64,000 nt of DNA from a plasmid. The stretch lies in sequence record NZ_CP069608.1. One strand, 5' to 3'. Every line of letters starts with the position of its first letter. The stretch's first letter is position 1. Positions 9,607 through 20,596 of this stretch are shown in pieces. The translations under genes and the position numbers were made by a program. The notes beneath the pieces were generated by a model. That model was not told the DNA's origin and made no database searches. It worked only from the letters and a program-made list of their open reading frames with translations.

Positions 9607-11679
9607 ATGAGATTCTTCTTAAGGAAAAGCCACCAAATTTTAAACACGCATTTAGGGCTTTTCCTATTTATTGCGGTTCTTTTTTGGTTAAAGACCTATA
9701 CGGCTTATCGATTGGAGTTTGACCTTGGTGTTAATAATTCAATACAAGAATTTCTTTTATTTATTAACCCGATTAGCTCAGCTTTATTCTTTTTAGCTTT
9801 TGCTTTCTTTTTTAAAGGGAAAGCACAGTACCGAGCCTTAATTATCATTAACTTTGTTTTGACATTTCTTTTATTTGCAAATGTTGTGTTCTACCGTTTC
9901 TTCAATGACTTCATCACACTGCCGGTACTCACACAAACTCAGAACTTTGGACAACTCGGTGGCAGTGCAAAAGCTTTAATGCAACCAACCGATATTTTGT
10001 ACTTTACAGATACAATCATTTTAATCGCACTTGTATTATTTAAAATTGTGACACCGCATTCTGAGAAACTTAGTTGGCGTGGTATGGTGGCTGTTTTCAC
10101 AGCAGCGATTATATTTTTTGCAGGAAACTTAGCTCTTGCTGAATCAGATCGTCCACAGCTTTTAACACGCGCTTTTGATCGTAACTATCTTGTTAAATAT
10201 TTAGGTGCCTACAATTACACAATTTATGACGCCATTCAGAGTACAAAGTCTTCAGCACAAAGAGCATTAGCTGATAGCAACGATATTACGGAAATAGAAA
10301 ATTTCACAAAGGCATCTTATGCAGAGCCAAATGATAAATATTTTGGTGTTGCAAAAGGGAAAAATGTTATTTATGTTTCCGTTGAATCGTTTCAAAACTT
10401 TTTAATTGATTATAAACTGAACGGCCAGGAAGTGACGCCGTTTTTAAATAGCTTAGCCAAAGATGATAACACTTTATACTTTAATAATATTTTTCATCAG
10501 ACAGGACAAGGAAAAACGTCTGATTCAGAATTTTTAGTAGAAAATGGATTGTATCCATTACCACAAGGATCTGTATTCTCTACAAAAGCTGAGAACACAT
10601 ACCAAGCTGCTCCACAAATTTTGAAAGAAAATGGTTATAAGGATTCAGCTGTTTTCCACGGTAACAATAAAACATTCTGGAATCGTGAAGAAAATTATAA
10701 AGCATTTGGGTATGATCATTTCTTTGATGAAAGTTACTATAATATGGTAGATGAGAACGTGATTAACTACGGTTTAGAAGATAAACCATTCTTTAAAGAA
10801 TCGATACCATATTTGAAAAGCTTAAAGCAGCCGTTCTATTCAAAATTCATTACGTTGTCAAATCATTTCCCTTATCCGCTTAATGAGGAGGAACAGACCA
10901 TTGCACCAGCTGAAACAGGTGACACAACTGTTGACCAATATTTCCAAACAGCGCGTTATACAGATGAAGCACTTGAACAATTCTTCAATGATTTAAAGAA
11001 AGAAGGACTTTATGACAATTCCATTATCGTGATATATGGTGACCATTATGGTAATTCTGAAAACCGCAAAAAAGCAATGAGTAAAATTATGGGTAAAGAA
11101 ATTACAGATTTTGAGCAAGCACAATTACAACGTGTTCCATTATTTATCCATGCACCAGGTCTGGAAGGTGGCGTTAAGGAGACGTATGGGGGACAAGTTG
11201 ACATTCGTTCAACGCTTATGCATTTACTTGGTATCGATACAAAAAAACAAGTCCAATTGGGTACAGATCTTTTATCAAAAGAGCATAAAGAACTTGTGCC
11301 ATTCCGCGATGGAAGCTTTGTAACACCTGAATTTACTCAAGTGGATGGAAAAGTCTATAGCAATGAAGCAGGGGAAAGAATTGAAAGTACAGAGGCTGTT
11401 AAGAAAGCAGAGGAAGTAGCTCAGAAAAAGCTTTCTTTATCTGATAAGCTTGTTTACGGTGACTTGCTTCGTTTTTACGACTTAGAAGGGTTTGAGCAAC
11501 CGAAGCGTTCAGAATTCAACTATGTAGATGATGAAAAGTTAGCGAGGGAACCTGGCTTTTTAGAAGAAGAAATAAGAATTCTAGAACAAGAAAAGCAAGA
11601 AAAAGCGCAAGAGTATGAGCAAAAAGGCTATAATTTAGAACAAAGTGAAGAACAGGTATCAACTCAACCACAGCCATAA
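9607..11679 (+). CDS. ltaS: Lipoteichoic acid synthase family protein (LtaS; 5 TM + sulfatase-like domain) with a C-terminal E/Q/K-rich tail
   Basis: 690 aa; N-terminal polytopic region then an extracellular sulfatase-like domain; paralogous to 54064..56022. Confidence 0.9.
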   Translation: MRFFLRKSHQILNTHLGLFLFIAVLFWLKTYTAYRLEFDLGVNNSIQEFLLFINPISSALFFLAFAFFFKGKAQYRALIIINFVLTFLLFANVVFYRFFNDFITLPVLTQTQNFGQLGGSAKALMQPTDILYFTDTIILIALVLFKIVTPHSEKLSWRGMVAVFTAAIIFFAGNLALAESDRPQLLTRAFDRNYLVKYLGAYNYTIYDAIQSTKSSAQRALADSNDITEIENFTKASYAEPNDKYFGVAKGKNVIYVSVESFQNFLIDYKLNGQEVTPFLNSLAKDDNTLYFNNIFHQTGQGKTSDSEFLVENGLYPLPQGSVFSTKAENTYQAAPQILKENGYKDSAVFHGNNKTFWNREENYKAFGYDHFFDESYYNMVDENVINYGLEDKPFFKESIPYLKSLKQPFYSKFITLSNHFPYPLNEEEQTIAPAETGDTTVDQYFQTARYTDEALEQFFNDLKKEGLYDNSIIVIYGDHYGNSENRKKAMSKIMGKEITDFEQAQLQRVPLFIHAPGLEGGVKETYGGQVDIRSTLMHLLGIDTKKQVQLGTDLLSKEHKELVPFRDGSFVTPEFTQVDGKVYSNEAGERIESTEAVKKAEEVAQKKLSLSDKLVYGDLLRFYDLEGFEQPKRSEFNYVDDEKLAREPGFLEEEIRILEQEKQEKAQEYEQKGYNLEQSEEQVSTQPQP

Positions 11680-11681
11680 AA

Positions 11682-11712
11682 AGATGTGAGGGCACCCCCC
11701 TCACATCTTTTT
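11682..11712 (+). terminator. Rho-independent terminator of ltaS
   Basis: gatgtgaggg..ccctcacatc hairpin followed by ttttt. Confidence 0.6.
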
Positions 11713-11865
11713 CTATCCTCCATTCAATTAGAGAGAAATAATTAACTAATAAATAAAAAACCCCCAGGTTACACAAAGAATTTGAGAGTTTTTTTGCTAC
11801 TGAACAACATTATGTTAAATGATCTTTAATCTAACTGTTAATTAACGGTATTGACATCTTTATTC

Positions 11866-12196
11866 TATAAACCGAGCGCTTTTTTCGTTGCAGGACCAAC
11901 TATACCATCTATTACTAAACCGAGCGCTTTTTGAAATTGGCGAACTGCCTTTTCTGTGTTTGAATCAAAAACGCCGTCTATTCCTTTTGTATTGTAACCA
12001 AGAGCTGTTAATTTACGTTGAAGTTCTTGAACAGCACTACCGTGACTACCTTTCTTTAGAACAGTTCCAGTAGAAGGAGCCGGTGCTGATCCATTTCCAT
12101 TACTTCCTGAGACTTTAAAACCATTGGCTGCCGCAATTGAGTTAAAGGATTTCTGATGGTTTAAAGGGTTATCAGTAAGATAAATGCTGCGATTCG
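11866..12196 (-). pseudogene. Remnant encoding a C-terminal peptidoglycan-binding (PG_binding_1-like) domain of a cell-wall hydrolase/endolysin; no start codon
   Basis: Minus-strand stop-to-stop frame translates to ...SIAAANGFKVSGSNGNGSAPAPSTGTVLKKGSHGSAVQELQRKLTALGYNTKGIDGVFDSNTEKAVRQFQKALGLVIDGIVGPATKKALGL*. It has no Met and is absent from the ORF track. Confidence 0.55.
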
Positions 12197-12315
12197 CGTT
12201 GTAGCGAAATGAACTCTGTTCAAGCTAGATAATGAGTCATTCGCTGCAAAATCCCTTACTATAATGTATATCAAGTTATAGAACTGGAAAGATTAATAAC
12301 TGACTCGACCTTTGT

Positions 12316-12362
12316 TAAATAAGCATGTATCTTACTATTTAAGATACATGCTTATTTTATGA
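12316..12362. terminator. Strong hairpin (18 bp perfect arms aaataagcatgtatctta / taagatacatgcttattt) with a T-rich tail
   Basis: Read directly; lies in non-coding AT-rich DNA. Confidence 0.4.
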
Positions 12363-12715
12363 CGAGTTTCTTCTATCTTATTATGTACGGCTTAATTTTT
12401 AGTAGATAAGATAAATATGAATAATTTAACCTTTTTAACCAACTGGTTCAAATTAATTCGGAAAATTATTTTTATTAAAAAGTGATTAAGGTAAAGAATA
12501 AAAGATAAATTTCTATTTGTGTAACTTAAGATACACCTTTTATACTAGTAAACGTCAGAGTGAAAACAGTGAATGTTGCATAAATAGAAAATACCTGTCT
12601 GTGCAAAGGAGGTATAACATTAATTTTATATATTAAGTAATGACAAAATTAATGTTATACATATAAGTAATACCCAACATATTTTATTAAAAGTTATTTT
12701 ATCTATTACCTATAT

Positions 12716-12825
12716 TGTAGAAAAATTGCCTATTTGTCGTCATTAAGAGTAAATATTGAAACTATTATTTTTATAAGTGACTTTATTCATTTACTCCTAT
12801 ATATAAAATACATTTATTTTTTATT
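12716..12825 (+). repeat. Repeat family copy A (~80-100 bp; core ttgtcgtca..agagtaaata.tgaaacta.tatttttat...atttact)
   Basis: Aligns with copies at 12960, 43145 (inverted) and 57320. Confidence 0.6.
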
Positions 12826-12959
12826 TTTAATAAAAATTACATTATTAAAAATACATCAACATTAAATATTTGTGAATTTTATATTTGGTTGTTACGAATA
12901 CACTAATGTCTTAAAAGGTAAATATAAGATAGATTGATATATTAAAAGAAGTGAAATAA

Positions 12960-13032
12960 CCAATTTGTCATCACTAAGTTTAAATAGTTAAACTAATTAT
13001 TTTTATGAACTACTTTACGATTTACTTAACAA
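12960..13032 (+). repeat. Repeat family copy B (slightly degenerate, with a tt insertion)
   Basis: Aligns with copies A, C and D. Confidence 0.55.
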
Positions 13033-13138
13033 AACAGACATTCTAGGAATAATTCTCTCCAAATTCTGCATGCGTTTGAATTACAAAATAGCAATGATAA
13101 AATATGAGTGTATAAGAGTATCTAGGAGTGATTAAAGT

Positions 13139-13375
13139 TTGCCTAAATTCATATGTGAAGTATGTCATCTAGAGTTCAAAAGCTATAACAAAAATGCAAA
13201 ATATTGCTCTCAATTATGTAAGGGAAAAGCTTATATTAAACATCCCGTTAAAAATTGTGTGATTTGTGGAAAAGAGTATAAACCCGTAAGAGCAACAAGT
13301 AAATTTTGTTCTCTCAAATGTTGTGCTGTAGAAAAGAAAAATAACAGCAAATCTAATACGACTTTAATTAAGTAA
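13139..13375 (+). CDS. Small Cys-rich protein with duplicated CxxC...C..LC zinc-ribbon-like modules
   Basis: 78 aa: CEVCHLEF..CSQLCKGK and CVICGKEY..CSLKCC. Confidence 0.45.
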   Translation: MPKFICEVCHLEFKSYNKNAKYCSQLCKGKAYIKHPVKNCVICGKEYKPVRATSKFCSLKCCAVEKKNNSKSNTTLIK

Positions 13376-13483
13376 AATCGTAATAAAAAGCCTGTATGTT
13401 TTATTATTCGAGAGCAATCTTATATTTGTCTATAAAGAAAGAGCAAACCTTAAGGTTTGCTCTTTTTCTATATTTATTAACTA

Positions 13484-14448
13484 TTAGGCTGTTTGAGCCA
13501 TTTTCTTCTTCATTGCCTTTCTCTTCGTTACATAACGAGCAGCAAAATAAGAGCCTACTACATAAATAACAGCTAAAGCTTGGAAAGATAATGTCTCTAC
13601 AGTAGGGAATATGCAGAACCAAACGCCTGCCCAATCAGGAAAATGAACATTAATTGTAGTTGTGCTCATCCATCCTGCAAATTGCATCTCTTGTACTGTT
13701 TCTCCTACCATTACAGCTAGAACTACTACTAAAAGAGCACCTGTAAATACCAACATTTTTTTATGAGGTAAGCGACGTTGAGCTAAGAACGTAAGAACAC
13801 CCACTACTAAAGTTAACGCTAACCCAATCAATGTTCCTTGTAGAACGATATCAGAACCTACTTTTAATCGTAAATTTTGAAGGAAAAGAACAACTTCAAA
13901 ACCTTCTCGATATACGGATGTAAGACCAAGTAGGAAAAGAGACCAGAATGCACTTTTTTCAACAGCTTCACTTTCTGTTTTCTTTCCTGTTAACTGTTGT
14001 TTTTTACGATTATGAAGTTGAATCCAACCAGTCCAATAGATCTTATGAAAGAACCAGTTCATGATAATTAGTAAAACAACTACAGCTAGAATTCCTGTGA
14101 AAGCTTGAATATCAAGCTCAGATGCACTAACAGAAGAAATAATGCCTACAACAATAAACCATGTAGCAAGTGTAGCTATAAAGGAAACTCCTGCTCCTGC
14201 AGAAATTGGTTTCCAATAATTATCTTGTTTTTTACGTACTAAACCAGAGATGATCGCTGATAATACCAAAATAGCCTCTAGCCCCTCACGAAAAACAAGG
14301 ATAGCTGTATTTAATATAGCAGCACCTGGTGTTAAATCTTTTGCAGTAGGATCAGGATTTCCCTGATAGTTAACTCCCTGCCAAACTACAACACCAATTA
14401 ATATTAGTAATGAAATAGCAATAAGAACGGTTTTAAGATTAAAAATTT
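13484..14448 (-). CDS. efeU: FTR1/EfeU family high-affinity iron permease
   Basis: Two REGxE motifs (REGLEA, REGFEV) and 7 TM. Likely TTG start at ~14448 with a ggagga RBS (the ORF track extends to 14506). Confidence 0.8.
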
Positions 14449-14490
14449 TCTTTACCAATGTGTTTTCCTCCAAAGTATGTATGTTGAAAA

Positions 14491-14505
14491 TGATAATCCT
14501 TATCA
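14491..14505. promoter_or_regulatory. Putative Fur box tgataatCcttatca (7-1-7) ~40 nt upstream of the efeU start
   Basis: Matches the Bacillus Fur 7-1-7 consensus TGATAATnATTATCA at 13/14 positions. Confidence 0.5.
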
Positions 14506-15861
14506 ATAATATCTGAATAAAGTGTATCCCTGTAGCTATCTTATGTCAAGATAATTTACGATTTACCTGATTTTTCTTACTAATTCCATTTATAACAAAC
14601 CAGTCAGTAATAATGGTAGCAAAAAAAAATAACACATTTTGATAAATGTCTTATTTTTATCTTGCTCATTCAAGTAAATATTTGAATAAAAAATAGAATG
14701 GAGTATATTATACTCAAGTAGATATTAGAATGATAAGGAGGGATTTTTGTACTAAACAAACACCATCTTTATCTAAACTACCTTATTCAACTAGAATTCT
14801 AGCAAACTCTCGACATAGACTTTTTCGATTGTCCCAATTCATTAAACAGTCTTCCTTTCTATAAATACTCAGGAAAAAATAAATTTTCTTACCATAATAA
14901 AATGTGCTTCATCTATTATTTAGAAAGGAACAAGCATACAAGAAAACAGCACATTTTACAAATAGAAAAAGAAGGTTTATTTGCTCGCGAGCAAATGGAT
15001 ACAATCTGTGGTTATAATGTTCAAGATAAAGTTTGAGTGACAGATTCAGACGGCAATCGGTGGGTATTCTTATAGTGATGCGCACAAAATTGGGTCTGAT
15101 ATAGGAGCCACTGAAAAAGCTCATAACACTAAATCTTGTTTTTAAAAACGCTCTACCAACTCATTATATACTATCCGATATAGCAAATAGATATTTTGAA
15201 GATTGTCTATTTTTTATTTGGATAATACTGAAATTAATTTTATGAAAAACAAAAAAAGAGCTGATAGTGACCCTCTATATTTAGCTAGTTTAGCTCAGTT
15301 CATACTGTAAACAGCTTAATTATAAAGGAGATAAAATAAACTCCTAGTTATTCAATTTTTCTAAAAAAAGAATCTAATTATAATATTTGACTTTTTTTGT
15401 TTACTTGCAAGCATGAATAACCCCTAATACTTTGGGAAATTAAAAAAGATGCATTGAGGCATGTATCAACTCTTATATTCTCTCATACTGTAATCGAAGA
15501 AAAAACACCTTTACTACGAGTAGGTCTTTTCTGTTTGCTGCTGTATATCATATTTATTCTTATTTTGCATAAGGAACCTTTACATAACCCATGCAAAAAA
15601 GAACTCTTCAGGATCAAGGATTATAATGAGGTTATTTTTTCTCGATTATACAGATGAACGCATTGAATACACATTTAACCAAAATATGCAATAATAACTT
15701 CCTGGTGCGATTTAGTGATTATTTTTGATTGAGTACATCACATTTCAATGGCACATTCTTCAAAATGTTTGAATAAAATAAGTATTGCATAGAATGTGGT
15801 TTAGAGAATATAATTTGCGTGTGGGCAAAATTATTTGAACTGTGCATTTTTTTGCATTTAA

Positions 15862-15881
15862 ATTTGGTTTAAGGAAACATA
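15862..15881. promoter_or_regulatory. Putative MntR operator AATTTGGTTTAAGGAAACAT upstream of mntH
   Basis: Resembles the B. subtilis mntH MntR box (TTTGCCTTAAGGAAAC-like core, recalled from memory); sits 50-70 nt upstream of the start. Confidence 0.35.
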
Positions 15882-15930
15882 TGTGTACATGGTAAAAATA
15901 AAGGATTTTAATATTTAGGAGGATATATTT

Positions 15931-17214
15931 ATGAGTAAGGATGGCGTTGTAAAAGAACAGTCCTCAACCATTCAATCTGCACAGGCTGCTCTAAGAGGTA
16001 AAACTTATGGAATTAAAAGATTATTACCTTTTCTAGGTCCTGCATTTATTGCAGCCATTGCTTACATTGATCCAGGAAACTTTGCAACAAATATCGCTGG
16101 AGGTTCAAAATATGGATACCTACTCCTATGGGTAGTACTTTTTTCTAATTTAATGGCTATTTTAATTCAATCCATGTCAGCAAAATTAGGAATTGCAACG
16201 GGTAAAAACCTGCCTGAAGTTGCTCGTGAGCAATTTCCTAAACCAGTTTCAACTGGTCTATGGATTCAAGCTGAGCTGGTCGTCATGGCTACAGATCTCG
16301 CAGAGTTTATTGGTGCGTCTTTAGGGTTATACTTACTCTTCGATATTCCTTTACTTCCTGCTGCATTAATTGCTGCGGTAGGCTCTTTTGCGATCCTTGA
16401 ACTCCAACGCCGAGGGTTCCGTTCTCTTGAAGCAGGGATTGCGGGTCTACTTTTCATTGTTGTGCTAGCATTCATTACCCAAGTCTTTTTTGCCAAACCA
16501 GAAATTAGTCCGATATTAAACGGTTTTTTTGTGCCTCAATTTAAGGGGGTAGATAGTATTTTACTTGCAGCAGGTATTCTTGGTGCAACAGTAATGCCAC
16601 ATGCAATTTACCTTCATTCTGCACTAACGCAACGTAGAATAGTGGGAAAGACGGAGGAAGATCGACGGAAAATCTTTCGCTTTGAATTTATCGATATCTT
16701 AATTGCCATGTTCATTGCAGGAGCCATTAATGCTAGTATGTTGATTGTATCTGCTGCATTGTTCTTTAAAAATGGCTTAAATGTTCAAGACTTAGATGTT
16801 GCTTTCGAGCAGTTCGATCATTTAGTTGGTCCTGCTTCAGCCATTCTCTTCGGGATTAGTCTCCTTGCTTCTGGTTTATCCAGTTCATCGGTAGGTACAA
16901 TGTCTGGTGATATTATTATGCAAGGATTTATTAATAGACGAATCCCTCTATATCTTAGAAGATTTATTACGATGATGCCACCACTTGCTATCATTGCTCT
17001 AGGCGTCAATCCAACCCATGCACTAGTCATGAGTCAGGTTGTACTGTCATTTGGGATTGCATTCGCATTAATTCCTTTGATTATGTTTACCAGCAATCGT
17101 CGTTTGATGGGCAGTTTGGTTAACCGTCGTATTACAACCATTTTTGCATGGGGTGTAGCAGCGTTAATTATTGTATTGAATGTGTTCCTTCTGTTTCAAA
17201 CGTTCTTCGGTTGA
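15931..17214 (+). CDS. mntH: NRAMP family Mn2+/Fe2+ proton-coupled transporter
   Basis: 427 aa, 11-12 TM; NRAMP signature regions (GPAFIAAIAYIDPGNFATNI). Confidence 0.9.
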   Translation: MSKDGVVKEQSSTIQSAQAALRGKTYGIKRLLPFLGPAFIAAIAYIDPGNFATNIAGGSKYGYLLLWVVLFSNLMAILIQSMSAKLGIATGKNLPEVAREQFPKPVSTGLWIQAELVVMATDLAEFIGASLGLYLLFDIPLLPAALIAAVGSFAILELQRRGFRSLEAGIAGLLFIVVLAFITQVFFAKPEISPILNGFFVPQFKGVDSILLAAGILGATVMPHAIYLHSALTQRRIVGKTEEDRRKIFRFEFIDILIAMFIAGAINASMLIVSAALFFKNGLNVQDLDVAFEQFDHLVGPASAILFGISLLASGLSSSSVGTMSGDIIMQGFINRRIPLYLRRFITMMPPLAIIALGVNPTHALVMSQVVLSFGIAFALIPLIMFTSNRRLMGSLVNRRITTIFAWGVAALIIVLNVFLLFQTFFG

Positions 17215-17434
17215 TACAATTGAAGAAAATTACAATAAATATAATGAAAAAACGATTCCCTAAATATATTAATGAAAGAATAGTTCACATAGCAGAAACT
17301 TACTAACCCAAACAAAAAACAAGTCCTTGGAGACAAGGACTTGTTTACTTTACAATCTTTATAAGAATAAATAGCTTAGGATCAAGGATAAAGAATGCAA
17401 GCCCTAGGTAATAATTGATACCTAGGGCTTTATT

Positions 17435-19024
17435 CTATTCAGGTTTATTGTTTGCATTCGGAGCTGGTGTGAAAGAAGGTTTAAAATTCTTGTATTTTAC
17501 TTCTGTAACCATTCCAGCAGAAGCATGATGTAAATCATGACAGTGAAACATCCAGTTTCCAGGATTGTCAGCCTTGAATGCTACAACGTATTCTTCACCT
17601 GGTTTAACATTTAGTGTATCTTTCATTAGTGGTGAACCTTCTATTGTCTTTCCGTTTTTACTCAACACTTGAAAGAAATGTCCATGTAAATGCATTGGAT
17701 GATCAGCTGATTTAGATGTGTTTTTCAACGTTACTTTAACTAAATCACCTTCTTTTACATTTAAAGGTTCAGTATTAGGATAGGTTCTATTGTTAATCGT
17801 ATAAACCATGCTATTATCTTTCATGGCTGTACCAAGATTCATTTTATATTCAACATCATATTTACTATCAAGAGAAAATTCACTTTTTGTAGTTTTACCA
17901 TATTTAGTGATATCTACATTTGGTAAAGATTCTTCTGGATTTAGTTTATCATTATCTTTCTTTGAGTTATCATAAACGATTTTAGCAACCATATTTTTAG
18001 CAGCATCGGTATCATCATGAGATTCAATATATGATGTACCAGGGTTATTAGCTTTGAATACTAAATCGTATCGTTCACCTGGAGAAACTGTCACCGTTTG
18101 ATCTTTTATAGTAGCAGGATTATTGATTGGTTGCCCATCTGTTGAGAGAATTTTAAATTCATATCCATGTAGGTGTATCTTATGAGAGATATATCCTGCA
18201 TTGACTAAGCGAATTTTTACTGTATCTCCTTCAGTAACTTTTAGGGTTTCCATATTATTTTCACTTTTTCCATTAATGGTATAAAGATCATACATACTCA
18301 TATCATCTTGCATATCCATATTCATATTCATTCCATCCATGCTTTCGGTTGAGTTATCTGTATCATTCTTATTTTCTTCACTTGTCATGGATCCATGGTC
18401 CATACCTTCCATGCTACTCTCACCAGACGAAATCCATTCATCTAAAACAAGTGTATAATCTTTATCTACTTTTTCTTCATTTTTTCCTTCTATAATCAGC
18501 GTTCCATATAAACCTTTGTCTATTTGATTGACGCTATCCTGATGTGAATGATACCAATATGTTCCCGGAACAGAAGCTGTAAATTCATAAGTGAATGTTT
18601 TACCTGGCTGTACAGCATTCATAGTGACTCCAGGAATCCCATCTTGACTATTTGGAACAGGAAGTCCATGCCAGTGGATTGTTACAGGTTCAGATAATTC
18701 ATTTTTTAAGTTGATTTTAACCTTATCTCCTTGTTTGACTCGAATTTGGGATCCAGGGACAGAACCATCATATGTCCAAACAGGTAATTTCGTTCCATTC
18801 CTAAAATCATGTGTAGCTTCTTTAGCAGTTAGAGTGAATTCCTTTCCTATCTTTACTTGTGTTGTTCGAGTAGAAGGGAATTTTTCTTTTTTACTTTGTT
18901 CTCCCTTGTTTGTATTATCCATGTCAGACATATCATGCCCTTTCATACTGTCTTCACTATTAGAGCAAGCAACTCCAGTCACAACTAACAATACTAAAAT
19001 TAAAGTAAGACATAACTTTTTCAC
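17435..19024 (-). CDS. Multicopper oxidase lipoprotein (copper-resistance CopA/CueO/PcoA type) with a Met-rich insert
   Basis: Lipoprotein signal LVVTGVAC; HWHG, HSH, HPMHLHGH and HCHDLHH copper-site motifs; MDGMNMNMDMQDDMSMYD Met-rich segment. Confidence 0.85.
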   Translation of the reverse strand: MKKLCLTLILVLLVVTGVACSNSEDSMKGHDMSDMDNTNKGEQSKKEKFPSTRTTQVKIGKEFTLTAKEATHDFRNGTKLPVWTYDGSVPGSQIRVKQGDKVKINLKNELSEPVTIHWHGLPVPNSQDGIPGVTMNAVQPGKTFTYEFTASVPGTYWYHSHQDSVNQIDKGLYGTLIIEGKNEEKVDKDYTLVLDEWISSGESSMEGMDHGSMTSEENKNDTDNSTESMDGMNMNMDMQDDMSMYDLYTINGKSENNMETLKVTEGDTVKIRLVNAGYISHKIHLHGYEFKILSTDGQPINNPATIKDQTVTVSPGERYDLVFKANNPGTSYIESHDDTDAAKNMVAKIVYDNSKKDNDKLNPEESLPNVDITKYGKTTKSEFSLDSKYDVEYKMNLGTAMKDNSMVYTINNRTYPNTEPLNVKEGDLVKVTLKNTSKSADHPMHLHGHFFQVLSKNGKTIEGSPLMKDTLNVKPGEEYVVAFKADNPGNWMFHCHDLHHASAGMVTEVKYKNFKPSFTPAPNANNKPE

Positions 19025-19219
19025 TACAGCACCCCCATATTAATTTAAATATGTCTACAATGTAATTTATAATTGTGCAGAATGTTTGCAGATACTGTAA
19101 ATAATTAATGGCTTACGAAATTTGTCTAAAGATAATTTTGAATTATTACCCAATCTGCACACTTTCTTCACATATTTTTTCTAAAATTTGTTGAAGGCTA
19201 AGTTAAAGGACGTGAAAAC

Positions 19220-20596
19220 ATGAATAGACTCTCATTAAAACTTGGCTTATTGTTTTTAGCTTTCATTCTATTGATTGAGGTTGGCTTATTTTTTTATCTA
19301 TATACTGGGCTAGCTGGCACGAGAATTTCAGAGGAATTAGAAAGTTTAAGACTACGAGGGAACAGTCATCGTGAGGTATTAGAGAAACACCATGATTCTG
19401 CTACCCTAAGCCATGTCGCTTTGATGGAATCAGAGGCAGAGACAGATGTAATTATTACAGATGAAGATGGAAAGATTGTACGGACTTCTAGTCCTTTAGT
19501 AAAAGGAGCTAGAGAAGCTGTAGAACAATGGCAAGGCTATTCTCTTAGGTATAAAGGGGAAATTATGCAAGGGGATTGGAAAAACAAACCCTATATTGCG
19601 ACTGCCTCTCCCATTAGACTAAACCAAAAAAACGCCGGAACTGTGTACATGTTTGAAAATACTAAAGATATACAAGACATGATAGCTAGGCTTCAACACC
19701 ATTTTTATATAGTTGGAGTTATTTCAGTGTTATTTTCAATTATCACTGTTTTTGCGCTTTCTAAATTTATAACACTCCCTCTTATAAGAATGAAACAAGC
19801 AACTCAAAAGCTTAGTCAAGGAGATTTTTCTGTAAAGCTGGGTGCACATTCAAGAGATGAATTGGGCCAGTTAGGAACATCTATTCAAACCCTTGCTAAT
19901 GAACTACATCGTTTAAAGGAAGAACGTAACGAATTTTTAAGTAGCATATCACATGAACTACAAACCCCCCTTATGTACTTAAAAGGGTATGCCGATGTAG
20001 CTAAACGCCAATCAAACAGTGAAGTGGAAAGAAATAAATACCTTAATATCATTGAAGAAGAGGCACAAAGGTTATCTCAACTAGTTAAAGATCTATTTCA
20101 ACTTGCTCAACTTGATCAACATACATTTTTAATTCAAAAACAGAATGTCAAATTATATTCCTATTTACATCATATAATTCAGCATTTTGATTTGGTCTTA
20201 AAAGAAAAGGATATTCAACTGCATTTAAATTGCCCACAAGAAATTGAGGTGAATATTGACCCTGAAAGATTCCAGCAAGTTGTTGTTAACTTGTTAGATA
20301 ATGCATTGAAGTATTCTGACAATGGAACCGAAATTTTAATAATAGTGCGAGAACTACCTAAAAAAGTTACGATTACCTTTAAAGATCAAGGAATAGGAAT
20401 TCCTTCGACCGATCTTCCTTATGTCTTTGATAAATTGTATAGAGTAGAAAAATCGCGCTCAAGGAAAAGTGGAGGTTATGGTTTAGGATTATCTATTGTA
20501 AAAGAAATTGTGGAATCTCATGGAGGCGCAGTCACAATAGAAAGTGGGGTAGGAAAAGGCACTATGGTTGAAATCTTGTTAAGAGAGGATGTTTAG
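19220..20596 (+). CDS. Two-component sensor histidine kinase (2 TM, HAMP, HisKA SHELQTPL, HATPase)
   Basis: 458 aa; domain order read from motifs; divergent from the multicopper oxidase. Confidence 0.85.
   Translation: MNRLSLKLGLLFLAFILLIEVGLFFYLYTGLAGTRISEELESLRLRGNSHREVLEKHHDSATLSHVALMESEAETDVIITDEDGKIVRTSSPLVKGAREAVEQWQGYSLRYKGEIMQGDWKNKPYIATASPIRLNQKNAGTVYMFENTKDIQDMIARLQHHFYIVGVISVLFSIITVFALSKFITLPLIRMKQATQKLSQGDFSVKLGAHSRDELGQLGTSIQTLANELHRLKEERNEFLSSISHELQTPLMYLKGYADVAKRQSNSEVERNKYLNIIEEEAQRLSQLVKDLFQLAQLDQHTFLIQKQNVKLYSYLHHIIQHFDLVLKEKDIQLHLNCPQEIEVNIDPERFQQVVVNLLDNALKYSDNGTEILIIVRELPKKVTITFKDQGIGIPSTDLPYVFDKLYRVEKSRSRKSGGYGLGLSIVKEIVESHGGAVTIESGVGKGTMVEILLREDV

Noticed and set aside
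12200-13138. Possible CRISPR array or small-gene cluster in the AT-rich tract
   Set aside because: The repeats are only two copies, ~75 bp long and 230 bp apart, with no regular spacer periodicity, and no cas genes are present. They fit a dispersed repeat family better.
16266-17030. Minus-strand ORFs inside mntH
   Set aside because: Antisense, Pro/Ala/Arg-rich translation, no start context.
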